Assembly: GCA_964016885.1 (NCBI GenBank)
Contig: OZ024757.1
Span: 43,586,001 to 43,650,000 of the forward strand
Length of the DNA stretch: 64,000 nucleotides
Source of the DNA: Eledone cirrhosa
Taxonomy: Eukaryota
Direction: 5' to 3'
The notes below the pieces were generated by a model. It was given only the letters and a program-made list of their open reading frames with translations, had not been told where the DNA came from and did not search any database. Position 1 is the first letter of the stretch, and each line of letters begins with the position of its first letter. The position numbers and the translations under genes were made by a program. Shown here in pieces: positions 12,400 to 24,657 of this stretch.

Positions 12400-13260
12400 A
12401 AATTTAAAAATAATATGACCACACCACCACAACATAATTTAAATAGGACTGCACTTTTTAAAAGGACAAATAATACAATCCTTCAACCTGGAAAACACAA
12501 CCACCCAAATCACCAACACAAAAACAACATAACACAAAATCCCAATAAAACCCTAACACTAAACCACCCACAAAGCAACCTTCATTCTCCCGCTAACATT
12601 AATTACAATAGGAATAGTTTAAGGATTAATGAGAATGGTATAGGTACTCCCAACAACCATCTTACGTATGGTTGTAATTGCAGAAATAGAAGCATTTGCC
12701 CCTTAAATGGCAACTGTTTGATTAACAATGTAATATATAAATGCACTGTGTCTACTACTGACTCCAACAAAACATATATAGGATCTACATCAAACACATT
12801 TAAGAAAAGATTTTACGCACACTCTAGTAGTTTCAACAATACTAAACTAGCTAACACCACATCTTTAGCTGAAGCAGTAAATAACTATAAAAAGAAAAAA
12901 ATAGATTTCAAGCTATCGTGGAACACCATTCTACAAAGAACTCCATATCTTGGGAACAGGAGAGAATGCAGGTTATATTCAGGGGAGATCTTGGAAATTA
13001 CTAAATCTAAGGACGATTTATTGAATAAAAGACAGGAACTGATTATAGTTTGTAATCACCGTATACGAAAAACATTTAAATACTATAAACCTAATTAAAT
13101 ATTCTAAATAGCAACTCACTATAATTCTATGTAACGTAACATTTGTTAGTATCCCTTTCCCCTAATTATACGCATTCATGCTTATTTCTTACCTTTTAAT
13201 TTTTTAGCTTCCTTAGATTTATGCGTTAATGACTAAGGGCAACAAGGTACACAACCTCCC
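12400..13260 (+). mobile_element. Penelope-like element 3' fragment (GIY-YIG endonuclease)
   Basis: ORF 12415-13098: CNCRxxxxCPLxGxC...VIY...YIG...FKKRF..H...E..N.R.E; lies between (TA)n tracts. Confidence 0.85.
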
Positions 13261-13374
13261 GTAATTGCATGAGTAAATATGTATCTATGTATGTATGATA
13301 TGGGAATATATATATATATATATATATTCCCATGTTGTACTGCCTCTCTGTTTTGTCCCTGTTCAAATTTTTCC

Positions 13375-13415
<41 letters not shown>

Positions 13416-13734
13416 ATAGGTGTGTATATGTAAATATATATATATAAATATATGTGTATATGATTATGTGCACAGGTGTAGATGTATGTATTTGTTTGCA
13501 TCTATTTATGCGTGTGTATATTTTTAATTGAGTATCAATATAACTATACCTCTATCTATAATGTGGGTATATGCACTTTGTGATCTATGAAATTTATGCG
13601 TTTTGACTATGTCAACATGTATTTATCTGAGTTTGATTATTTATACATAGACATACTTGAAGGTATTTTAAGGCGTATCATACGTATGCTGTATTATACT
13701 GAGTACAATTTACCACACCGTACTATATTGTATT

Positions 13735-13862
13735 GGTGGATTGGCAGTATCGGTAGAGAGTCGGACGCCATGCTTTCCAGCATAGTTACGTCCCTTTACG
13801 GTCTGAGTTCAAATCCCGCCGAGGTTTACTTTGCCTTTCATCCTTACGGGGTCGATAAAAAA
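13735..13862 (+). mobile_element. tRNA-derived SINE with Meta-type central domain
   Basis: GGTGGATTGGC head, B-box GAGTTCAAATCC, TTGCCTTTCATCCTTACGGGGTCGATAAA. Related copies at 31070-31255(-), 32085-32205(-), 33870-33965(+) and 39520-39670(+). Confidence 0.8.
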
Positions 13863-13974
13863 TATATATATATGCGTGTCTATGTATATATATATATATA
13901 TATATATACATATATATAAAACTATAGTTGTCTGTGTGCGTGTCCTCATTTTTGCAAAGTCTATACAAATTAAG

Positions 13975-15492
13975 AGCTTTAAGATGGTTGTCCATTGTAC
14001 ACCACGTTCGTTGAAAGCAAAGCCAGCCGCTGGATCTTCTGCTCGTAGTCTACGGAGGATGTCCTCTGACATGTCCTTATGCATTTCCCAAAGCTTAAGG
14101 GGCTCACCTATGCCGCAGAACAATAGCATCTTACATTCAGCAGCCTCTGTCAATGCCACGTTCAGGTGGGCATCATCCTCGAGTAGCCTGCGCTTCACAC
14201 ACGCGTCCCTGTAACCTGGAACAAATGTGGCCATTGAAAAGTCTTAGGTCGGCAAATCACTTGGGCCCTTTGATTTGATGCAGCAACATTCGCAGGAAAA
14301 AGCATTCTTGTTGCTTCGGATGAACATTGTACACATGTCTGATGGCATTACTTCTGAAGACACCTACCCAATGTCTGATGGCATTACTTCTGAAGACACC
14401 TACCCAATGTCTGATGGCATTACTTCTGAAGACACCTACCCAATCCTCAACTTTCTTTTGTTCGACCAAGTGAAGTAGGTACATCGACGTAAAGAAGGGT
14501 AACTGCAAACGTATCGACAGAACATAGCTTAAAAAATGCTGTAAGCGTCGTCTGAGGTGGCTGTTCGGCAGCAGCCAATGCGGTTTCCTCAGTGAAATAA
14601 ACGCGTTGACGATTCTCTAAGTGAACATCCAAGTTAACAACTGCTGGAGAGCACCGGTGAATTTCAAACCCCAAAATGCGCCAAGCCGCCATATTGGACG
14701 AAATGTATCTTCCCATCATGAACTGAGTAATTTCGTCTTTTGATTCTATGCCATCACTGAGGCCAACCACCACCATATCGCCGCCTTTGTTGATGTATTT
14801 ACAGATGTATTTAATGCTTTTAACAGATGTGCAGGACTCCACATTGATATGAGCATTAAAAATGTTAGCAAGCAAAGGGCTGTAAGGCACCACCCAGCTG
14901 TTGTCAATGTCGTATTCTTTCCCTTTCTTCTTAATCCTAGCCAAAAGGCCGCCAAAATCAGGAGCACGCCACCGGTAGATGGGGTAGCCGTCAACCCCAG
15001 TGCAAGTTTCCCTGGTGAAGGCTCTGGGGTAGTGTTTGGTGCACTTGTTCTCCTCCATGCATGAATTTTGGCTGTTAAGGGCACCACAGGGTCCATGTAT
15101 GATATTAGCCAGCACAATATTGTAAAGCTGCAAATCAATTTGGGGATCGGGCAATTCTGCACATATAACGCGATCAATGTCCGTAGGTCTGATTCGTTCT
15201 TTGCACTAAATAAGAATATGTGCGTGTGGAAGACCCCTCTTCTGCCATTCCACTGTATACATCCAAGTATTGAGTTGTCCGTAGATGGCCTTATCTTTCA
15301 GCAAGCACATTAGTTTCTTCAACTTTCCGTGGAAGACTCTGGCTGTAAAATCATGCCTGTCACTCGTCACCTGGCCCGCGAATAAATTCTCCTTAATCTC
15401 CACCCAATTAGGATTACATGTGAAGGAAATAAAAAGATCCGGCCGCCCAAACTTACAAACATACGCCATGGCATCCTGTGTCCGTTTATGCC
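13975..15492 (-). mobile_element. Helitron Rep (HUH/Y2) fragment, disrupted
   Basis: QDAMA...GRPDLFISFTCNP.W, YTVEWQKRGLPHAHIL (HUH), HGPCG, DGYPIYR, HINVESC, KYICKYINKG. Confidence 0.93.
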
Positions 15493-15889
15493 ATAGAAGA
15501 ACAAGAGAGAAAAATACCCTCACTTTTTCCAAGTAAAAAAGTGAGGGTATTTTTGTCTACTGAATTTTGTTAAAAGATTAAAGACATTATTTAAATATTC
15601 ACTTCCTTAAAATTTCAAATGTCAACACTTCCGGTTATACAACATTCTTCACTCTTTCTTATGACGTTGCACAACATACCCCTCGTTTTTTTAGTCTATC
15701 TTTTTAGATAGATACATAGCTATAAAGTAGGGATAAAGAAAGGCAGATCTGGCTGTAATGGAAAGTAAAGGAAAGAACTATAAATGCCATAAATGGGAGG
15801 AAAAGTAGGGAAAGAGCAAAGACTATTAGGCCATAGAAGAACAAGAGAGAAAAAGGGGGATAGGGTGATAGACACTACACCTAGGTCAG

Positions 15890-16135
15890 GGTGGTGTTTC
15901 GGCGGCACCCCAGGAAGAAAACTGCAAAGGTATTTCCGCAGACGATGGCCAACGACACCTCATCATGGGGCTCCTTCCTCAGACGAGTTGCTGTGGTTCC
16001 AGTTTTACAGAGGAGCTCGGCTGTCCGTGGTCCAAGGATGTGTGAGGTTTCAACAGCAACTGGTGCAAATGGAAGTGAGTGAACAAGCCTCAGTATTTGC
16101 TGGTCTTCCTGTTCTCTGCAATGCAGGTCACGGTA
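15890..16135 (-). mobile_element. CRE-type non-LTR RLE C-terminal remnant
   Basis: Minus strand translates to RKTSKY...PVAVETSHILGPRTAELL...VSLAIVCGN, homologous to ORF 63114-63497. Confidence 0.7.
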
Positions 16136-16272
16136 CTGGGGTTTGTGGCCATAGTACTGATAGGTTATTGATTACAAACAATAGGTTATAGATTACAAGT
16201 GATAGGTTATAGATTTCAAGTGATAGATTATAGATTACAAGTATTAGATTATTGATTATAAGTGATACGAAC

Positions 16273-16376
16273 CTTCAGAAGATTTTCTATTGGTTTCTGA
16301 ACTTCAATAATTTTTCCGTTCCTGATTACATTAACAGGTAATTTCCTAACAAATTGGTCGGCAGTTAGACGAGGCT
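16273..16376 (-). CDS. UBXN11: UBXN11 exon 11 (PRLTADQFVRKLPVNVIRNGKIIEVQKPIENLLK)
   Basis: Matches the conserved TA..F...LP..VIR.G..I block. Acceptor ccacag, donor AAG|gttcgt. Confidence 0.93.
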
Positions 16377-16599
16377 CTGTGGTGCAACAGAAAGAGAAAT
16401 ATGGTGGTTATAGTGTTGGAGGTGGTGGTGGTGGTGTTGTTGATAATGGTGATAGTGACAGCGGTGTTGGTGTGGATGGTGATGGAGGTGGTGTTGTTGT
16501 TGTTGGTGGTGGTGGTGGTGGTGATAGTGGCGGTGATGGTGATAGTGATAATGGTGGTGGTGGTGGTGGCCGTAGTGATGATGATTTGAACCAACTTAC

Positions 16600-16777
16600 C
16601 GTGTGGCTGAGTCATAATTTGAGGGTGCTGCGGAGTTTGGAATGTTAACATATTTGTGGAACTTGTCAGATGGAGGCCGGTGGATGTGTCATTGGTGAAA
16701 CTATTAAGTATTTTACCAGGACCCGGGAAAGAGTTAGTTAGCTGAGAAACACAGTTGTTGTTTCTCTGGTCGATAAC
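16600..16777 (-). CDS. UBXN11: UBXN11 exon 10 (VIDQR...SFPGPGKIL...)
   Basis: End of SEP (V.D.R) plus an SHP-box-like FPGxG motif. Acceptor tgcaaag, donor ACG|gtaagt, phase 0 to 1. Confidence 0.9.
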
Positions 16778-16929
16778 CTTTGCAAATGAGAGAATAATTA
16801 GCAGTCATACATGTATATAACTCAAGAAATATGTGATAAAAAATAGAAATAAAATCAATTGTAAAAAGGTGGGGGGAGCGACATATCGAATATATAATAT
16901 GGTAAGGGGTGTCAAGGGTCAATATGCCT

Positions 16930-17150
16930 TAGCTGGACAGGAAGACAAGCAAATACCAGAACTTGTCCGGCCACTTCTTCTTTGCACCAGTCTCCGTCAA
17001 AACCTCCAGTGTCCTTGGACCCCATACAGCCGAGCTCCTCCATAAAACCGGAACACTAGCAGCCTGTCAAAGGAAGGAGCTCCTACTGGCCAGCCAAACT
17101 TCTTCCCATGCGTTCCCTTCACAGCACTGGCTCCAGTAAATTGGGTTGGG
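16930..17150 (+). mobile_element. CRE-type non-LTR RLE C-terminal remnant
   Basis: Translates to KTSKYQNLSGHFFFAPVSVKTSSVLGPHTAELL; a diverged inverted counterpart of 15890-16135. Confidence 0.7.
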
Positions 17151-17361
17151 TGTGAAAACGAGAGTTCAGCACTATAACCAATGCAATGCTTGGATTGCAC
17201 TATCCTAAGTGCATATACTTGCAGCTGGGCACAGCTTGTGTCACCATCATGACCACTTTACAAAGTGGACTGGGTGCCTTCTGTCGTGTTACCAGTATGA
17301 CCCATTTACAGGGTCATGTACTAGTAATTATAAGGCTAGAATCAAAAAAGGTTTTACCTAC

Positions 17362-17529
17362 CATTAAAGGGACCCCTTCTGGGTAGGTTGACTGAAGCTC
17401 TGAAGGGAAAAATCCTTCCATTATATCATACAAACAGCGACGTGTTGCAGGGTCTGTCAGGGGCCGGAACGGTCCATTCATTAAAATGATTCCATTTCTA
17501 TAAAGGGTCAGTGTTGCTGATTCTGGATA
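17362..17529 (-). CDS. UBXN11: UBXN11 exon 9, SEP domain (YPESATLTLYRNGIILMNGPFRPLTDPATRRCLYDIMEGFFPSELQSTYPEGVPLM)
   Basis: SEP-domain signature LY.NG...GPFR...DP....L.DI..G.FP.EL. Acceptor ctctctctag, donor ATG|gtaggt. Confidence 0.96.
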
Positions 17530-17829
17530 CTAGAGAGAGAGAAAGAAAGAAGGAAGAGTGTATGTGAGAGAAAGAGACAGTGACAGGAAGCGAAAGAGAG
17601 AGAGAGCTGTACTATACTGTGAAGTACTGTACTGTAGGGTGAAGCAGTGTGGTGTACCATACAGCTGAATAACAAGCAAGTTTGCTATATCAATAAAATC
17701 ACTGTAATTTATTATTATTATTATTATTTTGAAAACTGAAAAAAGACCCATCAGAAATGTAGAAATAAAAGGGTTAAAAAAACTCTCTTTTACTGTTTGT
17801 TTCTTGTTTAAATTTCTCGGTAAACTATA

Positions 17830-18420
17830 TCTCTGTGTAGCTTGTTATAACTTCCTGATTACTTCACCAGCAATGTCTTGCAAATTGAAACCATCTTTGA
17901 GCAATTGTAGTTGTTATCTTGGACAAGTTTCTGTATAAACTTTCATTTGTAGTACGTTGATGCCAGTTTATGTTTTGTACAACCATAAGTGTTTTAGTTT
18001 CTTCTCAAGTGCTTGTGTCAAAGTCCATGTACCTGATCCATACAACACTGACTCAAGTACTTATGTCAGGGTCCATGTACCTGATCCATACAACACTGAC
18101 TCAAGTGCTTGTGTCAGGGTCCATGTACCTGATCTGTACAACATCACTGACTCAAGTGCTTGTGTCAGGGTCCATGTACCTGATCTGTACAACATCACTG
18201 ACTCAAGTACTTATGTCAGGGTCCATGTACCTGATCTGTACAACATCACTGACTCAAGTGCTTGTGTCAGGGTCCATGTACCTGATCTATACAACAATAC
18301 TGACTCAACAGATGTTCTGAAGAAAGATATTTTGATTTTTCTAGATAGATCTGACTTCTATATCCTTTCTATTTTCTTCATTGCATTTAGGTAGAACTGC
18401 TCAAACCATCAATCAACTCT
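17830..18420 (-). mobile_element. Old RTE-like LINE fragment containing a 6-copy 48/51-bp tandem expansion (~18003-18308)
   Basis: Minus strand reads KIKISFFRTSVESV[LLYxSxTWTLTQALE]n KKL...; the unit encodes the LLYGSETW motif. Confidence 0.75.
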
Positions 18421-18614
18421 TAGATACAAACCTCTGTAGGGAGCAGTTGCCAGGCGCAATGGAAAATCATGAATTGTGGAGGGGCATTATCAGAAATGAT
18501 GATGATATCTCTGTGTGTCATTAGGGGTAACTAAAAAAGGTTTAAAGTTAAAATGTTAGTTATATATCAACAGAAATATGGTAATAAAAGTGTTTTAACG
18601 AATAAAGTCCTTAC

Positions 18615-18745
18615 CTTCAGTTTGGCTCCATCTTCGGTCTGTTCCACTTTGGCAACTCCTTCTCCAGCTAACAAATTCAACTCTTTGATGTTCGCAATGA
18701 TGAGATCGTAGTTCAGTTTGGTTGATGCTTGCGAAACAGAATCTT
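18615..18745 (-). CDS. UBXN11: UBXN11 exon 8 (...LNYDLIIANIKELNLLAGEGVAKVEQTEDGAKLK)
   Basis: Conserved D..I..I.ELN.LAGEG...GA.L block. Acceptor ttctacag, donor AAG|gtaagg. Confidence 0.95.
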
Positions 18746-18967
18746 CTGTAGAAATCCACAAATGTTCACAGGTTATACACACAGGATAAGTTTCCAAATT
18801 TATATACTGTAAATGGTCATTTTCTAGAATATTCCATTTTCTCTATACCCAGTACACATATATAATACAAACAATATTCAGGAAAAAATACATACTGAAT
18901 AATCGATGCTCTGAACTAAGGTCTATTGAGCTTATTTAATGAGAAACATGGTCATCATACACATTAT

Positions 18968-19910
18968 ATCATCATCACCGTTTTACGTCCATTCTTCCAC
19001 GCTAGCATGGGTCAGATGGGTTGTACTGTTGTGGGCAGTGTCCGGTCAGCTGACCATGCCTTGCTCATACAGGAACTGATTCCGACTTGATTTCTCTACA
19101 GCTGGATGCCCTTCCTAAAACCAACCTCATTTACAGCGAGTGTTGGGTGCTTTTTTCCGTGGCGCCTACACGTCCACTTTACAGTGTGGGCTGGGTGCTT
19201 TTTTGCCATGGCACCTCCACGACCACTTTGCAGTGGGAGGGGGTGGGGGCATGTTGTCTATATGCTTCTGCTTCAGCTTGTACCCATGGGGGGGTTGGGT
19301 CTTCTGTATTACTGTGTGACGCCAGAGGTCACAGTCATGTGTCATCACCTTTGAGAGGTGCAATTGGGTAAGGTCGGCTTTTATCACCTCATCCCAGGTC
19401 TTCTTGGGTCTCCCCACTCCGGCTTCCATCAACTTCTATTATGCAGCTGTCATCCTTCATACGCATCACACGTCCATACCAACGCAACCTCCTCTCCTGC
19501 ACACAGCATTTGATTCCTCTTATGTTCAGTCTCTCTCTCAATTTGTTTATACTTTGCCATTCGCGTATATTACTATTACACATCATCATCATCATCGTTT
19601 AACGTCTATCTTCCACACTAGCATGGGTTTAGACAGGAATTGTCCTACTTGAGGCAAGCTTAGTTGTCTCGCTCGTATGGGACTGTCTGGCAGGTTTTCT
19701 ATGGATGGATGCCCTTCCTAACACCAACCACATTTACAGTGTGGGCTGGAAGCTTTTTTTCCGTGTTACCTACACGGCCCCATTACAGTGTGGACTGTGT
19801 GGTTTTTTTTTGTCGTGACACCTACACGACCTCATTTATTTAGGACTGGATGTTGTGGTACCAACATAACTTTACAGAGAAAGGGGTGGTGTTGACGGGG
19901 GTGGGGGAGT
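18968..19910 (-). mobile_element. Two abutting RTE 3' fragments (subfamily A 18968-19580; subfamily B UTR 19581-19910)
   Basis: RRLRWYG/GRPKKTW peptide, two (GAT)n tails, UTRs matching other A and B copies. Confidence 0.88.
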
Positions 19911-20029
19911 TGTTTTATATATATATATATATATTTCACTGTATGGATTTATAAAGATAGGTGTCATTTTCTTTCTTCTTATCTACAAATTATGTTCAAA
20001 TAGTATGTGTAACAACAGTTTGTACGAAA

Positions 20030-22300
20030 AGTGTCCGTAAAGATGGCTGTATATTCGTTATATTTGTGTGTGACTGGCAACGGTTCTCACTTCCACCTCC
20101 ACCACATTCGGTATACATGTCCGACGCTGTATGCTAACCACTCCCTTGTGAATATATCACAGAGCAGACACGGGGCGGACGGAGACTCCGAAAGCCGCAA
20201 TGTAGGCAACTCGTCTAGGAGAGCTACCACTCAGAATCAATTGGTGCAGGGTAGAGAAGTCCCCTAAGTCCAGTAAGACAACCTCTCTGGTGCTGGTGGC
20301 ACGAATAAAAGCACCCAGTCCATGCTGTAAAGTGGTGCTGGTGTCAGGAAGGGCATCCAACCAGTATAATAAAAGCCAAAATTATGAGCACAACAAATAA
20401 GAATTGCAACAACTGCATAAACAGCAATAACACTAACCGTGTTAGGGTTGCGCACAGTAGTGGGGTGGCTGGTGCGGCCATGTGCGAGAACCCCCTGACC
20501 GTCGTCAAGCAATCGCACAACAGGAAAAAGAACGAGATGTCGCATCTCAGAGTTGCCACACTTAATGTTGGCACTCTAACAGGTAGATCTGGTGAAATAG
20601 CGAAGATGGTGAAGAGAAGGCATGTGGATGTGTGCTGCGTGCAAGAGGTGAGATGGAGAGGTGCCTCTGCAAGACTAATCGCAGGCAAACATCTTAGTTA
20701 TAAGCTTTTCTGGGTCGGTAATGATGATGGGTTAGGTGGGGTGGGCATATTACTGGCTGAGAGATGGATCAATAAGAAAATAGAGGTAGTTAGAGTTAGT
20801 AATAGAATAATTAAGGTTAGGTTAGTTGTAGGCAAGAGACTACTGACAATCATCTCTGCCTATGCTCCCCAACAGGCCTAGGTAAAGAAAAGAAAGGCAG
20901 CTTTTACGAGCAACTTTTACAGACAGCCTCAATGATAGAATACAGAGACATCGTTATGCTAGCTGGGGACTTCAATGGACATGTTGGACAGCTCCAGGAT
21001 GGATACACTGGAGTACATGGTGGGCACAGTTACGGCTCAAGAAATGAAGAAGGAGTGGGACTTCTTGAATTTTTTGATGCAAATGCACTAACCATTTGCA
21101 ACACTAACTTCCAGAAGCCTACCAACCACCTAATAACCTACAAATCAGGTGAGCACATAAGCCAGATTGACTTCCTGCTAGTTGGATAGCGAGACAGACA
21201 GATGGTGTCAAATACTAAGGCATACCCTGGGGAAGAATGTTACTCACAGCATAGGTTAGTCATTAGTGACATCTCAGTAAGCAAGAGAAAGAATGAGACA
21301 TGCAGGAAGGTGTGGAGAAGAAAGGTCTGGAAGCTAAAAGACCTTTCATTAAAATATAAATTTAGCAAAGCCCTTCAAGATGCGTACAACGAAAAAGAAG
21401 ACGATTTAGAGTTGTGTGTCATAGATGATAACTGGAATTTCTTGCGTGACAACTTACTGCAGGCTACTGAAGAAACTTGTGGTTGGAGCAGAGCTTCAAC
21501 CAGACAGAAAGTGACCTGGTGGTGGAACAGCACGGTAGATAGGACCATTAGAGATAAAAGACTAGCATGGAAGGCTTAGAAAAAGGGTGGGAGTAGAGAA
21601 GGATATACAGCCACTAAAAGAGAAGCTAGACGTCAGGTGTACTTAGCACGCAGGGAGGCTGAGAGTAGGAAGTTTGCCAATGTTCTATGATGGGAAGATC
21701 AGAGACGTGTGGTGTTCCACATTGCAAGGCAGTGTGTCAGTACAAATCAGGATGTTGTTGGAGATAAGTGTGTCCGGAATGATGCCGGTGTACTTGGTGT
21801 TACGACTTATCAAAAATAAGAGGCCTGGAAATGTCATTATGAGAGGCTGATGAATGTGGAGAATGAATGGGAGAGAGGGAAACTATCCCCAGTAGACCCA
21901 ACAGAGGGACCAGCTATTGAGATTGGCGAATATAGGGTACAAGAGGCAATTAAGGAAATGAAGAATGGTAAGGCTGCTGGGCCATCGGGGATAGTTGTTG
22001 AGATGCTGGAGGCATCAGGGGACATAGGCACTTAACTGGTTGTACACATCATCAATCAGGCTATATATGGAGGTGTCATACCCAAAGACTGGTGCAGCAG
22101 TATTCTCATAAATTGTTACAAAGGTAAAGGGGATGCTCTGGAGAGGAGCAATTATAGGGGTATAAAACTGATGAAAGTGGCAGAAAGAATATTAGCGCAA
22201 CTGATTAGAGAAAGGGTGAAACTACATGAGATGCAGTTTGGTTTTGTGCCTCAGAAAAGTACAACAGATGCCCTCTTCATAGTGAGGCAATTACAAGAGT
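20030..22300 (+). mobile_element. RTE LINE 5' half (AP endonuclease + RT N-terminus), multiple stops
   Basis: TLNVGTL, CVQEVRW, SAYAPQ, GDFNGHVG, QIDF, GKAAGP and QFGF motifs. Confidence 0.92.
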
Positions 22301-22567
22301 TTCAACGGGAAGTAACTCTAGCCACTTCCCTTGTCTAGAGAGCACTATGTGTGTATGTGTTGACAATTTGCATGATAAACACACCTTGTACACCCTGTAA
22401 AGTGGTGGGTGATAGGAAGGGCATTCAGCCATAAAAAACCTGTGAGACAAAGGGTTGGGAGGACTGTTTAGCTATGTCATAAACATATCCTACCTTTGAT
22501 AGCAGGGGAAATGGATGTTAAATAATGCTGATGATGTTGACACCTATGTAGATATATACCTCCATAC

Positions 22568-22682
22568 CTGGACACCACATGGAAGCACCACAAACTTCTG
22601 TTGTATCTTTCACAGCCTCTTCTTTTGTATCTTTAATTTGTGTTTCTCCAACCCACACAAGGCCATAGTCGTAGAGGAAATC
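22568..22682 (-). CDS. UBXN11: UBXN11 exon 7 (DFLYDYGLVWVGE...)
   Basis: Diagnostic FLxDYGLxWVGE motif. Acceptor cttcctcag, donor CAG|gtatgg. Confidence 0.95.
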
Positions 22683-22789
22683 CTGAGGAAGAGGGGGAGA
22701 GGAGCACATATTGCATAAGTCCCTATCAAGAAGGTAATCAGACCCAACAGAAGGAGTAAAGCCTATAGGGGCAGTAAGCAGATTCTATA

Positions 22790-23826
22790 GTGACAGTAAC
22801 AAGGTGAATATTTACACAGTAACAAGGTCAGTATTTACACAGTAACAAGGTCAGTATTTACACAGTAACAAGGTCTGTGTTTACACAGTAACAAGGTCAG
22901 TATTTACACTGTAACAAGGTCAGTGTTTACACTGTAACAAGGTCAGTGTTTACACAGTAACAAGGTCAGTGTTTACACAGTAACAAGGTCAGTATTTACA
23001 CAGTAACAAGGTCAGTATTTACACAGTAACAAGGTCAGTATTTACACAGTAACAAGGTCAGTATTTACACAGTAACAAGGTCAGTATTTACACTGTAACA
23101 AGGTCAGTATTTACACAGTAACAAGGTCAGTGTTTACACAGTAACAAGGAGAATATTTACACAGTAACAAGGTCAGTATTTACACTGTAACAAGGTCAGT
23201 ATTTACACAGTAACAAGGTGAATATTTACACAGTAACAAGGTCAGTATTTACACTGTAACAAGGTCAGTGTTTACACTGTAACAAGGTCAGTGTTTACAC
23301 AGTAACAAGGTCAGTGTTTACACTGTGACAAGCTCAGTGTTTACACTGTGACAAGCTCAGTGTTTACACTGTGACAAGGTCAGTGTTTACACTGTAACAA
23401 GGTCAGTGTTTACACTGTAACAAGGTCAGTGTTTACACTGTAACAAGGTCAGTGTTTACACTGTAACAAGGTCAGTGTTTACACTGTAACAAGGTCAGTG
23501 TTTACACTGTAACAAGGTCAGTGTTTACACTGTAACAAGGTCAGTGTTTACACTGTAAGGTCAGTGTTTACACAGTAACAAGGTCAGTGTTTACACTGTA
23601 ACAAGGTCAGTGTTTACACAGTGACAAGCTCAGTGTTTACACAGTGACAAGCTCAGTGTTTACACTGTGACAAGCTCAGTGTTTACACTGTGACAAGGTC
23701 AGTGTTTACACTGTAACAAGGTCAGTGTTTACATAGTAACAAGGTCAGTGTTTACACTGTAACAAGGTCAGTGTTTACACAGTAACAAGGTCAGTGTTTA
23801 CACTGTAACAAGGTCAGTATTTACAC
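22790..23826. repeat. 23-bp minisatellite (GTAACAAGGTCAGTRTTTACACW), about 45 copies
   Basis: Direct tandem repeat filling most of UBXN11 intron 6. Confidence 0.95.
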
Positions 23827-23899
23827 CTACTACATACACCAATTGATGCAGGTAGTGGCCACTATTGAGGTAGACATTAAAAATAAAACATATTCTTAC

Positions 23900-23976
23900 T
23901 TCCATTTCTCTGATTTTGTTTTGCAAACTTTCACATTGTTGTGTCAGGAAATTCACTGATTCATTTTGAGGTTTAT
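23900..23976 (-). CDS. UBXN11: UBXN11 exon 6 (KPQNESVNFLTQQCESLQNKIREME)
   Basis: Acceptor ttttgcaacag, donor GAA|gtaaga. Matches the conserved C..LQ.Q..EME motif. Confidence 0.9.
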
Positions 23977-24009
23977 CTGTTGCAAAACAGAAAACAGAAG
24001 GTCTACAAT

Positions 24010-24635
24010 ATCATCATCATCATTTTACGTCCGCTTTTCCCTGCTTGCAAGGGTGGGACGGGTCTTATTCAGCACAGCATCTCTCCACTCGTCACGGTCC
24101 CTCGTCATCTCCACCGTGAGCTTCAGCGATCTGAGGTCTGTTCTCACCACCTCCACCCATGTTTTTCGTGGTCTATCTCTACCACGTCTTCCTTCAATTG
24201 GCATTTCCTGGCACTTCTTCATCCATCGGTCATCTTCCATGCGCATCACATGTCCATACCACCTCAGTCTCCTCTCCTGTACACTACACTCTATCCCTCT
24301 CAGACACAGTTTCTCTCTCAACACATCCATGCTGAGTCGTTCACGCACATTTACACTGCACATCCAACGGAGCATGCTTGCCTCATTTCTCTCCAGCCGT
24401 CGCATATCCTCTGCAGTTGCTGCCTAACTCTCACTGCCATGCAGCATCGCGCTCCTCACACAGGCATCATATAACTGGCCTTTCGTACGCAGGGAGAAAC
24501 CCTTCTTCGTCAGCAGAGAAAGCAGCTCCCTAAACTTCTTCCAACCCATCCTTATTCTAGATACTATGCCCTCAGAACCCGCCCCCCTCCCATGCTAATC
24601 TGATCTCCTAGGTACCGGAAGCTATCAACCACTTC
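24010..24635 (-). mobile_element. RTE LINE subfamily C 3' fragment
   Basis: ORF 24025-24405 ends KTRPTLASREKRT* immediately before the (GAT)n tail. Confidence 0.9.
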
Positions 24636-24657
24636 TATATATATATATATATATATA

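Noticed and set aside
16346-16651. Thr/Gly/Val-rich ORFs (also 32412-33183)
   Set aside because: (GGT/GAT)n low-complexity intronic tracts read through from real exons.
20060-20160. HDV-like ribozyme at the RTE 5' end
   Set aside because: A P4-like hairpin and CTAA are present, but I could not form P1/P3 pairings by eye.
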